A stretch of DNA of 64,000 bases from a bacterium (GTDB taxonomy: Bacteria > Electryoneota > RPQS01): NCBI GenBank assembly GCA_016703065.1, contig JADJCU010000003.1, positions 137,045-201,044 of the forward strand, in the 5' to 3' direction. A program made the position numbers and the translations under genes. Below are positions 9,430-19,041 of the stretch, in pieces (positions within the stretch are counted from its first letter, which is position 1; every line of letters starts with the position of its first letter). The notes below the pieces were generated by a model. The model was given only the letters and a program-made list of their open reading frames with translations, was not told the origin of the DNA and ran no database searches.

Positions 9430-10563
9430 TTAGTTCAAGACGTGAATCTGGCGTTGCGCGCACATGTCTTTCAACACCTGCGGCCATACGGTCACGCTCA
9501 CTTCGCCGAGGTGGGCCTTCTTGAGGATGCTCATGCACGTACGGGCTTGACCGATACCGCCGCCGATCGACAGCGGGATCTCGTCGTTCAGAATCGCCTT
9601 GTGGTACGGCAAATCGAGGAAGTGCAATTGCTTCGTGGCCTCAAGTTGCTGTTTCAGCGTCTCTTTCGTGACGCGGACACCCATCGACGTCAATTCGTGA
9701 CGGCGCTTCGTGACATGATTCCAGACCAGAATATCGCCGTTCAAGCCGTGCATCAGCTGCCCGTTCTTGGTAATCGTCGGCGTGACCCAATCGTCGTAGT
9801 CGGCCGCGCGCATTTCGTGCGGATAGCCGTCCTTTAGCGTCCAACCGATGCCAACAATGAAGATCGCCGGATACTTCTCCGAGAGGACCTTCGTCTCGCG
9901 CTGTTTACGCGGCAGGTCCGGATACATGTCGAGAATCTCCTCGGCGTGCAGGAAAACCAACTCCTTGGGCAGGTTCGGCCACTTGGAGTTCTTCAGCTTT
10001 GGGAATTCGCTCTGCACGAAATCCTCGGCATCGGTCAAGACCTTCCACTCCTTCTTGACGATGTCCATCAGGAACTCGAGGTTTCGATCCTTGGCCGTAA
10101 TTACGCGCTCCCAGTCCCACTGATCGACATAGGCACTGTGGTCGTGGTCGAGGAAGTAATCCTTACGGACTGCGCGCATGTCGGTCATGATGCCTTCGCC
10201 GACACTGCAATTGAATTGCTTCAATGCGACTCGCTTCCACTTCGTGGCCGCCTGAACAACTTGCGCATCAATCGGATGCTTGTTGTAGTCGTTGTTGATG
10301 TGGAAGTCAATCGGCGTGCGCGACCCGTCGCGATCAAGATAGTCGTTGACGCCGCTCGTGGTGTCGACAATCAGCGGGCATTCGACACGGAACAGGTTCA
10401 GCGACTTGCACATTCCGTCTTCAATAAAGCGTTTCAGCTTCGCTAACGCCCATTGCGTTTCTTTGGGCGACAATAGCGACTGATAGTCGGTCGGGAGAAC
10501 TTTCTCGACCTCTTCATACGTTCCAATTCCCGGCCCGGCAAGGTCGGCGACTTTACTGGACAT
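9430..10563 (-). CDS. asnA: aspartate--ammonia ligase (asparagine synthetase A)
   Basis: Matches AsnA hallmarks recalled from E. coli: SAYVDQWDWERV, LNGDILVWN, ELTSMGVRV and IGGGIGQARTCM... Confidence 0.9.
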   Translation of the reverse strand: MSSKVADLAGPGIGTYEEVEKVLPTDYQSLLSPKETQWALAKLKRFIEDGMCKSLNLFRVECPLIVDTTSGVNDYLDRDGSRTPIDFHINNDYNKHPIDAQVVQAATKWKRVALKQFNCSVGEGIMTDMRAVRKDYFLDHDHSAYVDQWDWERVITAKDRNLEFLMDIVKKEWKVLTDAEDFVQSEFPKLKNSKWPNLPKELVFLHAEEILDMYPDLPRKQRETKVLSEKYPAIFIVGIGWTLKDGYPHEMRAADYDDWVTPTITKNGQLMHGLNGDILVWNHVTKRRHELTSMGVRVTKETLKQQLEATKQLHFLDLPYHKAILNDEIPLSIGGGIGQARTCMSILKKAHLGEVSVTVWPQVLKDMCAQRQIHVLN

Positions 10564-10769
10564 AATACGGTCTCCGGGGCTAAACTAAGTAGGATTATAA
10601 GACGACCGCGCAGGTTTGCCAAACCAGATGTAAGCCATTTGTCAGCAGCTTATCAAACACACACGCATCCCTGCGCATTGCCTCTGAATATACCGCTTCG
10701 ATAGGGGACGTGCAAATCGTCTGCGAATGCACGCATTCTCTTAGTGCTTAAGATTTGTGCAGTTCAATG

Positions 10770-10799
10770 AAAAAGCCCTGAGCGTGCTCAGGGCTTTTT
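10770..10799 (-). terminator. A/T-flanked stem-loop terminator after the Cys-rich protein gene
   Basis: AAAAA-GCCCTGAG-CGTG-CTCAGGGC-TTTTT: an 8-bp stem flanked by A5 and T5, 52 nt past the stop at 10851. Confidence 0.7.
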
Positions 10800-10850
10800 C
10801 AAGTTCTGTGACTAACTCTCAGGGCCTCTCCCCTTGGCCCCGGGATGAGT

Positions 10851-11546
10851 TTAGTCGCAGAAGCCTTCGTCGTAGTAGATCGTCAAGCAATAGGAGCCGC
10901 GCGCGGTCGAGAACGAACCGTCAAGAACAAGGTAATACGTGCCGTCGTCCAGGCATGTAGAAAAGCCGGACGCCAAGCGCTGACCATTGCACATCCCTGG
11001 ATTATTGTCGTTCGCCTCAATCAGTTCTGCATCTGGATCCCCGCAGCAACCGTCCTCATACAGACAAAGGTAGGTGTCGAAGAGCGACCCGGTCGTCGTG
11101 ATCTCGAAATAGCCGAAGTCCTCGACATTGAGTTCAACGACGACATCTTTGCCCCAGCGGCAGGTTGGATACCCGCAATCATTGCGGGCGTTGGACGTCT
11201 GTCCGCAGACAATCACAACGACTTCGCCGTCGCCTTCGCCCCCACCCGTCTCGAACGTCAGAGACGTCCCCGGGCAGGCATCCTGAAGCTCGTCCAGTTG
11301 GAAGGCGCCGGGGACTCGGCGTCCATGTACTTCGGGCATCACCAGCTGTTCGAACGAGAAGTAGAAGTCATAGACCGACTCAGGGACTTCTATGTCTTGT
11401 GCAATGTACCACTGTATCTTGTCGTAACAGGCCTGCAGAATCTCTTCTTTCGACGATTTGCCAAACCCGACCGGGCGCTCGCCGGCAACGGCGAGGCTTA
11501 CCGTCAGGGCCGCTCCGCACAACATCAAGCTTAGAAACCGAATCAT
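10851..11546 (-). CDS. secreted Cys-rich protein with pre-peptidase C-terminal (PPC)-like domain
   Basis: Signal peptide MIRFLSLMLCGAALTVSLAVA. C-terminal pattern FDTYLCLYEDG...DDGTYYLVLDG...GSYCLTIYY resembles PPC domains. Many Cys residues. Confidence 0.45.
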   Translation of the reverse strand: MIRFLSLMLCGAALTVSLAVAGERPVGFGKSSKEEILQACYDKIQWYIAQDIEVPESVYDFYFSFEQLVMPEVHGRRVPGAFQLDELQDACPGTSLTFETGGGEGDGEVVVIVCGQTSNARNDCGYPTCRWGKDVVVELNVEDFGYFEITTTGSLFDTYLCLYEDGCCGDPDAELIEANDNNPGMCNGQRLASGFSTCLDDGTYYLVLDGSFSTARGSYCLTIYYDEGFCD

Positions 11547-11882
11547 GAGGTTCTCCTTCCCCTATTTCTGGCATAAACTATTCATATTAAAGAGTTAACA
11601 AGCAATAGGACTTATTAACACTATGCTAAGTAGAGTAATAATGTCAAGATTTGCTGAAAAGTCAAGGACTCGCGCAATTGTCCAATATTTCGACTAACAT
11701 GTCCACTACATTCCCCGACGAAACTCAGGCCTGACCTTACCATCCGAGAAGAGAAAATTGGCCGCCGCGGCCGTTTCACCCGTGTCTGTCGGGATTTGAA
11801 TCCGACACCAACCCATTCCGTTCCCTATACGTAAACCTTGTCTTGCCAAAGTAGTCCGTACACCCGGAAATCATGAAACAGA

Positions 11883-11912
11883 AACGCCCGCCACCAATCT
11901 GGTGCGGGCGTT
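11883..11912 (-). terminator. terminator after the MoxR-DUF58 pair
   Basis: The minus strand reads AACGCCCGCACC-AGATT-GGTGGCGGGCGTT (12 bp with one bulge) followed by TCTGTTTC. It lies 27 nt after the DUF58 stop. Confidence 0.55.
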
Positions 11913-11938
11913 CTGTTACTCAAACTGTGGCGTGAAAT

Positions 11939-12832
11939 CTATCGCAATGCCTTGCGTTTTGTCAAATACGAAATCAAGGCCTGATCGTAGGTCGTGTCCG
12001 TTTTCAGCAGCGTGTGATCAATCTTGTCTTCCTGACAGCCGCGGCGGATGCGCTCTACAAAATCGCCCATCATCTTTTGATACTCTTTGCGAATATGCCA
12101 CGGCTGGGTGGGCAGCTCCGTGCCCGTTTCAAGGTCCTTGAAGCGAATATCACCGCTGAACGCGAAGTCGACTTCGCGCGGATCGAGAATCTGCAGTACG
12201 AGCACTTCGTGACCATTGTGGCGAAAGTGCCTGAGCCCCGAGAGAATTTGCTCCGGTTCGTCCATCAAATCCGAGAGCACAACAATTAACCCCCGTCGTG
12301 AGATTCTCTCCGCGACTCGATGAAGATTCTTCCCGATGTCCGTCTGCGCCGACGGCGTGAGCTTCTCCAGCTGGGACAACACGACATTCAAATACGTGTG
12401 CACCGAGCGCGGCGGCAGATACGTCCGCAAGGTCGTGTCGTAGGCCGCAAGCCCCACGGCGTCGCGCTGCTGAATCATCAGGAACGCCAACGCGGCCGCC
12501 AAATATGACGCATATTGGAACTTCGTGACCTTACCCGATCCGTAGTTCATCGAATTCGAGACATCGAGCAATATGTACGATTTGAGATTGGTTTCTTCTT
12601 CGTACTGCTTGACATACATGCGGTCGGTCTTGGCATAGACCTTCCAATCGAGATTGCGCAATGGATCGCCGTCCATGTAGGGACGATGCTCGGCAAACTC
12701 GACGGAGAATCCATGGTAGGGCGACTTATGCAAGCCGACCATGAACCCTTCAACAACCATGCGCGCGCGCAGCTGCATGTTCTTCAGCCGCGAGACGAAG
12801 GCAGGATCGAGATATTGGAGAGGTGACGACAA
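11939..12832 (-). CDS. DUF58 domain protein (vWA-like partner of MoxR)
   Basis: Hallmark FAEHRPYMDGDPLRNLDWKVYAKTDRMYVKQYEEE, sited directly downstream (3-nt gap) of a MoxR ATPase gene. Confidence 0.85.
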   Translation of the reverse strand: MSSPLQYLDPAFVSRLKNMQLRARMVVEGFMVGLHKSPYHGFSVEFAEHRPYMDGDPLRNLDWKVYAKTDRMYVKQYEEETNLKSYILLDVSNSMNYGSGKVTKFQYASYLAAALAFLMIQQRDAVGLAAYDTTLRTYLPPRSVHTYLNVVLSQLEKLTPSAQTDIGKNLHRVAERISRRGLIVVLSDLMDEPEQILSGLRHFRHNGHEVLVLQILDPREVDFAFSGDIRFKDLETGTELPTQPWHIRKEYQKMMGDFVERIRRGCQEDKIDHTLLKTDTTYDQALISYLTKRKALR

Positions 12833-12835
12833 AGT

Positions 12836-13816
12836 TTATTTCTCGTTCAGCAACCGTTCCACCAAATGCTCCGCCTTCATCCCATCCGCTTCCGCGGTAA
12901 AGTTGGGAACCAAGCGGTGGCGCAGGACAGGCAGGGCAACGGCGCGCACATCGTCAATTTCGGGTGTTGGGCGACCTTGCAGCGCGGCACGAGTTTTGGC
13001 ACCTAAGATCAAATACTGCGACGCGCGCGGGCCGCAGCCCCAGCTCACGTAGTCCTTGATAAACTTCGGCGCTTCGTCCGAATTCGGACGCGTCCTGCGC
13101 ACGAGCTTGACGGCATACTCAACGACGTTATCCGCCACGGGCACGCGGCGCACGAGGTCCTGCAAAGTCGCAATCTGCTGCGCATTCAAGACCTTCGTCA
13201 CGGAGTGCGTGGCCGCCGAGGTCGTGTTCTTGACAATCTGTTCTTCTTCTTTGAAACTCGGATAGTCCACCCACAGATTGAACATGAAGCGGTCGAGCTG
13301 CGCTTCGGGCAACGGATAGGTGCCCTCCTGCTCAATCGGATTTTGCGTCGCGAGCACAAAGAACGGCTCTTCGAGCTTATAGGTCTCCCCTGCCGCCGTG
13401 ACTTCGTGCTCCTGCATAGCCTGCAAGAGTGCGGCCTGCGTTTTGGGCGGCGTGCGGTTGATTTCGTCGGCCAGCACGATATTCGCGAACACGGGCCCTT
13501 TGATGAACTTGAAGCTGCGGCGTCCTGTCGCGCGATCTTCTTCGGCGATCCCGGTACCCGTGATGTCCGAGGGCATCAAGTCAGGCGTAAACTGAATGCG
13601 GCTGAACTTCAGGTCGAGCATCCGCGCCATCGTCGAAATGAGCAGCGTCTTCGCCAGACCGGGAACACCGACGAGCAGGCAATGCCCGCGCGCCAGCAAC
13701 GTCATCATCAATTGTTCAATGATTTGCTCTTGGCCGACAATCACCTTGCCGACTTCTTGGAGCATGACGTCGCGGGAGTCTTTGAGTTGTTTCAGTGCGT
13801 CGAGGTCGGACGCCAT
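12836..13816 (-). CDS. MoxR-family AAA+ ATPase
   Basis: Walker A GVPGLAKT, Walker B LADEINR, and the MoxR AAA_3-type layout. 326 aa. Confidence 0.9.
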   Translation of the reverse strand: MASDLDALKQLKDSRDVMLQEVGKVIVGQEQIIEQLMMTLLARGHCLLVGVPGLAKTLLISTMARMLDLKFSRIQFTPDLMPSDITGTGIAEEDRATGRRSFKFIKGPVFANIVLADEINRTPPKTQAALLQAMQEHEVTAAGETYKLEEPFFVLATQNPIEQEGTYPLPEAQLDRFMFNLWVDYPSFKEEEQIVKNTTSAATHSVTKVLNAQQIATLQDLVRRVPVADNVVEYAVKLVRRTRPNSDEAPKFIKDYVSWGCGPRASQYLILGAKTRAALQGRPTPEIDDVRAVALPVLRHRLVPNFTAEADGMKAEHLVERLLNEK

Positions 13817-13893
13817 AGGCGGGAGAATCCTTGGGGTTGGACTTGCGAGCGGGGGTTTCTCTTCGTAGATTGAAGGAACCGCGCCGGAATCAC

Positions 13894-14580
13894 ATGTTAT
13901 TGAAAAAGAAAATACTTATAGGGTTAACGCGCAAGGAACTGGAAAGTTTCGCGCACGAGCAGAGCGAGCCAGCCTTCCGTGGGCGGCAGCTCTACTCGTG
14001 GCTCTATCAGAAGCGGGCAACGAGCTTCGATGAGATGTCCGATCTCCCCGCAACGTGGCGGCTTAAACTGAAAGATGTGGCGACAATTGGAACGCTTGGT
14101 CTGGCCCGGCCAGCTAACGCGTCACGCGACGGTTCGCGGAAATTCCTGTTCGATCTGGAGGACGGGCTGCGCGTTGAATCGGTCTATCTGCCCGACTCAC
14201 CCGGAGAAACCGTGTGCATTTCGAGTCAAGTTGGATGCGCGCTCGGCTGCCATTTCTGCGCGACGGCAAAGATGGGATTGTTCCGCCACCTGACTGCGAG
14301 TGAGATTGTCCTGCAAGTTCTCGAAGTTGAGAAGCACTGTTCAACGCGGCTCACGAACATCGTGTTCATGGGCATGGGCGAGCCGTTGCACAATTACGAT
14401 CAGGTACTCGCAGCGTTGCGCCTGCTCACCGATGAGAACGGAATCGGACTAGCCGCTCGCCGCATCACGGTTTCGACGGTGGGGCTTGTCCCGGCAATTG
14501 AGCGCTGGATGAAAGATTCACCTCCCGCGAAACTCGCCATCTCCTGCATGCGACAACGGACGCCTGCCGCGCCGAGCTAA
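13894..14580 (+). CDS. rlmN: 23S rRNA/tRNA (adenine-C2) methyltransferase RlmN, N-terminal fragment (frame break near 14544)
   Basis: FRGRQLYSWLY, radical-SAM cluster CALGCHFCAT and GMGEPLHNYD. The start is set at the ATG giving MLLKKKILIGLT. The frame is lost at KLAIS|. Confidence 0.85.
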   Translation: MLLKKKILIGLTRKELESFAHEQSEPAFRGRQLYSWLYQKRATSFDEMSDLPATWRLKLKDVATIGTLGLARPANASRDGSRKFLFDLEDGLRVESVYLPDSPGETVCISSQVGCALGCHFCATAKMGLFRHLTASEIVLQVLEVEKHCSTRLTNIVFMGMGEPLHNYDQVLAALRLLTDENGIGLAARRITVSTVGLVPAIERWMKDSPPAKLAISCMRQRTPAAPS

Positions 14581-14981
14581 TGCCGATTAACAAGGCGTAT
14601 CCGCTCGACCTGCTTTTCAAGACGCTGCGCCGCTTTGCTCATGTGACCAAAGACCCGGTGACCTTTGAGTATATCATGATCTCGGATTTCAATGATCGCG
14701 AGGAAGATGTTGACAATCTCGCGCACTGGCTGAAGAACATTCCCGCGAAGATGAACCTGATTCGCCTTCATCCTACAGGCAGCGGTCTCAAGCCCTCGAG
14801 CGACGCGGCGATAGACCGCTTCATGGGCTGGCTCACTGAAGCGGGTATCCGCTGTACTTTGCGCGAATCGCGCGGCTTGGATGATGAAGCGGCGTGCGGC
14901 ATGCTGTTTACGCAGGAGCCGTTTAGGCCGACAAAACTCAGAGCGTGGGAAACGAAGGATACACACGCCGAACAAGGCTAA
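14580..14981 (+). CDS. rlmN: RlmN C-terminal fragment
   Basis: MPINKAYPL...VTFEYIMISDFNDR...MNLIRLHP continues RlmN. The upstream 36 nt in this frame read SLHATTDACRAEL, the conserved RlmN segment. Confidence 0.8.
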   Translation: MPINKAYPLDLLFKTLRRFAHVTKDPVTFEYIMISDFNDREEDVDNLAHWLKNIPAKMNLIRLHPTGSGLKPSSDAAIDRFMGWLTEAGIRCTLRESRGLDDEAACGMLFTQEPFRPTKLRAWETKDTHAEQG

Positions 14982-15109
14982 GGCTTCCGCAGTTCGGTCG
15001 GGCTCTACTATCGTGGTTGCAAACTCAATTTGAATAGACTATTCCCTGCACGAAGCACACAATGAGCGCGTGTCCGCCAAGTGAGAGCGTGCAGAAGAGG
15101 GTCCAGCGT

Positions 15110-16030
15110 CTACGCTGGTCCCACCAACTTCCCAAGCACGCCATACGGACTTTCCCCGTTGGCCAAGGCCGCGTCCATCAGCGCGGCTTTTTCTTTGGTC
15201 CAGAACTGCGAGAGCAATCTCTTTTCCAGCATTCGCTGAATCCGTCGTCTTGCATGAGCGTGGCGCCGGACTTGGAATTTGCCTGTTGATCGCAAATGCG
15301 CAAGATGCGCCTCAATCTGCTCGGCCAACTCAACGACGCCTGTCTCACGTGTAGCAACGGTATTCACCACCGGGGGCTTCCAATGATCCCACATTTTGAG
15401 CATCATTGCGCCCTGTAAATCTCCCGTGAAACGGTCTGCGCCCTCGCGGTCTGCCTTGTTGACGCAGAACACATCCGCCGCTTCCATTAAGCCCGCCTTC
15501 ATCCCCTGAATCGCGTCACCAGACTCCGGAACGAGCACCACAACGACGCTGTCCGCATACTGCACGACTTCAAGTTCCGATTGTCCGACGCCGACCGTCT
15601 CGAAAAGCACGTAATCATCCCGCCGCATCCAACACGTCGGCCATATCACCTGCGGCCTGAGACAATCCCCTAAATCTCCGCGCGTCGCCAGCGAACGCAC
15701 AAACACCCCGTCGTCCAACCCGATCGCGTTCATGCGCACGCGGTCACCAAGCAACGCGCCGCCCGAAAATGGCGACGTCGGATCAACCGCGAGTATTGCA
15801 ACTTGGCGGCCCTGTTTGCGCAGGTGCTTCGTATAGGCCGTAACCAGCGAGCTCTTCCCCGCTCCGGGCGGTCCGGTGAATCCGATGCGTACGGCCCGGC
15901 CGACTCGATTCCCCAGCGCGCGCAAGACCTCATCGGCGCCTTCGGCGGAGTTCTCTACTCGCGACAAAGTCCGCGCCAAGGCGCTGCGTGAGCCACTGAA
16001 CATCGCATCGATCAGCTCGACAGGCGTCAC
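15110..16030 (-). CDS. meaB: MeaB/ArgK-type G3E GTPase (methylmalonyl-CoA mutase accessory-like)
   Basis: GFTGPPGAGKSSL, AILAVDPTSPFSGGALLGDRVRM and NKADREGA. Its GTG start overlaps the upstream stop (GTGA). Confidence 0.85.
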   Translation of the reverse strand: MTPVELIDAMFSGSRSALARTLSRVENSAEGADEVLRALGNRVGRAVRIGFTGPPGAGKSSLVTAYTKHLRKQGRQVAILAVDPTSPFSGGALLGDRVRMNAIGLDDGVFVRSLATRGDLGDCLRPQVIWPTCWMRRDDYVLFETVGVGQSELEVVQYADSVVVVLVPESGDAIQGMKAGLMEAADVFCVNKADREGADRFTGDLQGAMMLKMWDHWKPPVVNTVATRETGVVELAEQIEAHLAHLRSTGKFQVRRHAHARRRIQRMLEKRLLSQFWTKEKAALMDAALANGESPYGVLGKLVGPA

Positions 16031-16332
16031 TTCGTCGGCGCCTCCGCGTCACTCTCCGTCAAGTCCACTACGATTTGCGGCGCGTTCGCATAGCGTTCCA
16101 CATAGTCACGCACTTCCGGCAGCAGGAAGAGAGCGTCAAGGTCTTCGCGCGCCAACGCGCGGGCGAGAATCTCGGCGCGCTCCTCATCGCCAAAGCGTTT
16201 GTTCATGATGACCAGACGCTCGGTTTCAAAGATACATCGACCGCCGCGAAAATTCCCCTTCTCGTTGCGAATCTTGTAACCCTGTTTCTCCAGCGCCTCG
16301 GTCAGCAGCTGAACAAGTTTCGCGGCTCTCAT
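16027..16332 (-). CDS. hypothetical protein (101 aa)
   Basis: ORF translationally coupled to meaB by a GTGA overlap. No family recognised. Confidence 0.4.
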   Translation of the reverse strand: MRAAKLVQLLTEALEKQGYKIRNEKGNFRGGRCIFETERLVIMNKRFGDEERAEILARALAREDLDALFLLPEVRDYVERYANAPQIVVDLTESDAEAPTK

Positions 16333-16395
16333 TACAGCACATCCTCCCGGCCTTGCGCCTTAAGCGTATCGACGAGCTCTTTCACTTCCTGTGAT

Positions 16396-17403
16396 CTATC
16401 GAGCGGGCAGATCATGATCGTCGTCCTCCGTCTCGACTATGATCAGATTGCTGACTCCTGTCACTGCAATCAATTTCTTGTTTCCGAGTACACACGTGTT
16501 GTGGGTGTTGGCCAGCGTGACATTGCCGCGAATAGCGTTGCCGTGATCATCGTGCGGCATCAAGCGCCACACTTCGTCCCAACTTCCGACATCGTTCCAG
16601 TCGAACGTGCCGCGCACGACGGCGACGCGGGGCGCTTTCTCCATAACGCCATAGTCAATAGATATGCCTTTGCCTGATTCAAACACGCGGCGTGTTACGT
16701 TTTGCTCCTGCGGCGTGCCGATTGCGCCGTCGATCTCTTCAAAGGCAACGCCCCACAACGGCAGTAAATCGCGAATCAGCTTCAATATCGAGTCTGCACG
16801 CCAGACAAACATGCCGCTGTTCCACAGGAACTCGCCGCTCTCCAGAAACAGTCTTGCCGTCGCCAGGTTTGGCTTTTCGGCAAACGTGCGCACCGGATAG
16901 ACGTTGTCCCGCAGCCGGATACCGCTGGTATCCATCTGAATGTAACCATATCCCGTTTCCGGGCGAGTGGGCTGGATGCCGATTGTCGCCAACAGCTCGG
17001 AATCGTGTACAACCTCCACAGCGGACGTGAGGCAGAAATGAAACTGCGGGATGTTGGTAATTCGATGATCAGCGGGCAGCACTATCATTACAGCGTCAGG
17101 ATCGCTCTTGTGCAAATGCACAGCCGCAAGCCCGATTGCTGGCGCCGTATTGCGGCCCACAGGCTCAATAATGAAACGATCGTCGCGGAACTGCGGCACG
17201 AGCTTTTTGATCTGCGCCGCCTGATCGGCGTTTGTGACGATCCAGACATTCTCGCTGTCGACCAGCCCGTCCAAGCGCGACATAGTCTGCTCAATCATCG
17301 TGCCTTCGCCGGTCAGATCGATCAACTGTTTGGGACGGTGTCGACGGGAAAGCGGCCAGAAACGCGCACCCACTCCACCGGCCATGATCACAGCATGAAG
17401 CAT
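16396..17403 (-). CDS. manC: mannose-1-phosphate guanylyltransferase
   Basis: N-terminal AVIMAGGVGARFWPLSRRHRPKQL nucleotidyltransferase motif. Overall length and pattern match the short ManC type. Confidence 0.75.
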   Translation of the reverse strand: MLHAVIMAGGVGARFWPLSRRHRPKQLIDLTGEGTMIEQTMSRLDGLVDSENVWIVTNADQAAQIKKLVPQFRDDRFIIEPVGRNTAPAIGLAAVHLHKSDPDAVMIVLPADHRITNIPQFHFCLTSAVEVVHDSELLATIGIQPTRPETGYGYIQMDTSGIRLRDNVYPVRTFAEKPNLATARLFLESGEFLWNSGMFVWRADSILKLIRDLLPLWGVAFEEIDGAIGTPQEQNVTRRVFESGKGISIDYGVMEKAPRVAVVRGTFDWNDVGSWDEVWRLMPHDDHGNAIRGNVTLANTHNTCVLGNKKLIAVTGVSNLIIVETEDDDHDLPAR

Positions 17404-17406
17404 ATC

Positions 17407-19041
17407 TTATCGTTGGGTTTCAGTCGTCCAGGTAATGTCTGTTTCATTCGTCCAGCGGGGCCGGACAGAAACCGTATCGGGATGCCATTGAAATGGTTCG
17501 GAAAACTCAAACGGCATGACGCTTCCAATGTTGTGCACGCCGTCACGATTGACGTCCTGCAGAATACGGATGCGATACTTGCCTTCCGGCCAACCGCGAA
17601 ACTCGTAACTCGAAAATGTAGTGAAGGACGCGCCTTCCACTCGATCCTTGACCGGATGCAATTCCAGAATCCACTGCGCTCCCGCCGTCGCACGCACCGA
17701 TCCGGAAATTGTTCCCATCGAATCCGCCGGGTACGTATACCATGCAATCGTGACGACCGAGTCGTGCGGCACATTGCCGGAATAATCTCGAATCAGCAGC
17801 CCGGGAATCTCGAGCGTGTATTTCTTGCCCGGAATTAGACTGTGATCAGGCGTGACTGAAATCGAAGCGGGATCGGACGACGAAACGGAAAACGGCACAT
17901 CCACTGTGTCGGCCTTGAAGGTAACGGTGAGCGAGTCGCGCGGCTCGTCAAACAGAATTGGCTCACTGAACACAGCAATGATCTGTTCGGGCAGCTCGCG
18001 ATTCACAGAGCGGTTCGCGGGCCATGATGTAACCAGACTCGGCGCCGTCGTATCAGCGCGCGAATTCACCGCAAACTTTGCGGCGAGAGTGTCGTCAGCG
18101 ACACCGACAGTGACTAACGCGCTGTCGCTGGTCAGAGTGTCGCCAAAATAGACGAACCAACTCCCACTCGCGCTGCTGTCAACGCCAATGTGCTCCGCGA
18201 AAATCTCAGCGGCTCCGTCACGAATTAGTACCGTCGGCTGCATGTCCTTGTTAAGACGAAGGTCCAGACGATGTTGATCAAACTGACGCGCGCGCAAAAT
18301 CGCCGGTGGTGAAGTGTCATGCAGCATCGGCACAAACGTGACAAACGGCGTCAACCCTTCACGTACATCCACATCCATCGAAGCCGGGCCGATAAGCTCC
18401 GACGCCGGCGACCACAACCCGTCAAAATTTCGGTCATCAAGCGCAAACAGTCGATACCGACCCTGCGCAAGATAGGTAAGTTCAAACGATCCATCCGCAT
18501 CCGTTTGCATTCGATAGTCGGGTGAATCGCGCAACGGATCAGGCAAAGTGTCGCTCAGCAAATACGCGACGACGCCAAACGACTTGCTTTTCTCGGGCAG
18601 GGCAACCATACCACGGATCAAACCGCGATCGATGCTGTCGCCCGTACTAAAAGCAAGCGTGAAACTGCTTTCGAGCCCGTTTCCTTGCAAATCTTTCGCT
18701 TGCGCTCCGACCGTAACCACAATGGTCCGGTTATCCGGCAGTGGATCGAGATAGTCCAACACTAATCGCCGACCCGACCAGCGATAGCGTAACCGCTGGC
18801 CGGGCTCGGGTGAGAGGTAAAGCGCCGCTTCGACACCTGAACGATTGACGGGTTCGGAGAACTCGAGCATCACATCGCGGTCCCAGGCAATCTCGGTTTC
18901 ATCCTGTGTCGGACTCGTCTTGACGACGGTCGGCGCAGTCTTGTCTTCAGGGCCGCCGGGCGGAGTGGCCATACGGGCACACGACGCGCACAGCGCCGCG
19001 ACGACGAAGAGCGTGGCGAGCTTAGACGGTCTTACGTCCAA
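17407..19041 (-). CDS. lipoprotein with SbsA/Big_5-type Ig-like domains
   Basis: Lipobox-like signal (FVVAALCASCA). Domain starts DKTAPTVVKTSP, DTSPPAILRA and DTTAPSLVTSWP. Confidence 0.6.
   Translation of the reverse strand: MDVRPSKLATLFVVAALCASCARMATPPGGPEDKTAPTVVKTSPTQDETEIAWDRDVMLEFSEPVNRSGVEAALYLSPEPGQRLRYRWSGRRLVLDYLDPLPDNRTIVVTVGAQAKDLQGNGLESSFTLAFSTGDSIDRGLIRGMVALPEKSKSFGVVAYLLSDTLPDPLRDSPDYRMQTDADGSFELTYLAQGRYRLFALDDRNFDGLWSPASELIGPASMDVDVREGLTPFVTFVPMLHDTSPPAILRARQFDQHRLDLRLNKDMQPTVLIRDGAAEIFAEHIGVDSSASGSWFVYFGDTLTSDSALVTVGVADDTLAAKFAVNSRADTTAPSLVTSWPANRSVNRELPEQIIAVFSEPILFDEPRDSLTVTFKADTVDVPFSVSSSDPASISVTPDHSLIPGKKYTLEIPGLLIRDYSGNVPHDSVVTIAWYTYPADSMGTISGSVRATAGAQWILELHPVKDRVEGASFTTFSSYEFRGWPEGKYRIRILQDVNRDGVHNIGSVMPFEFSEPFQWHPDTVSVRPRWTNETDITWTTETQR

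Noticed and set aside
11783-11814. tRNA T-arm-like hairpin (TGTCGG-GATTTGAAT-CCGACA followed by CCAACCC) in the AT-rich gap after the Cys-rich protein gene; a possible tRNA fragment or att remnant.
   Set aside because: The loop is 9 nt and does not match the TTCGAAT consensus. No matching 5' acceptor strand or anticodon arm lies upstream, and no integrase is nearby.
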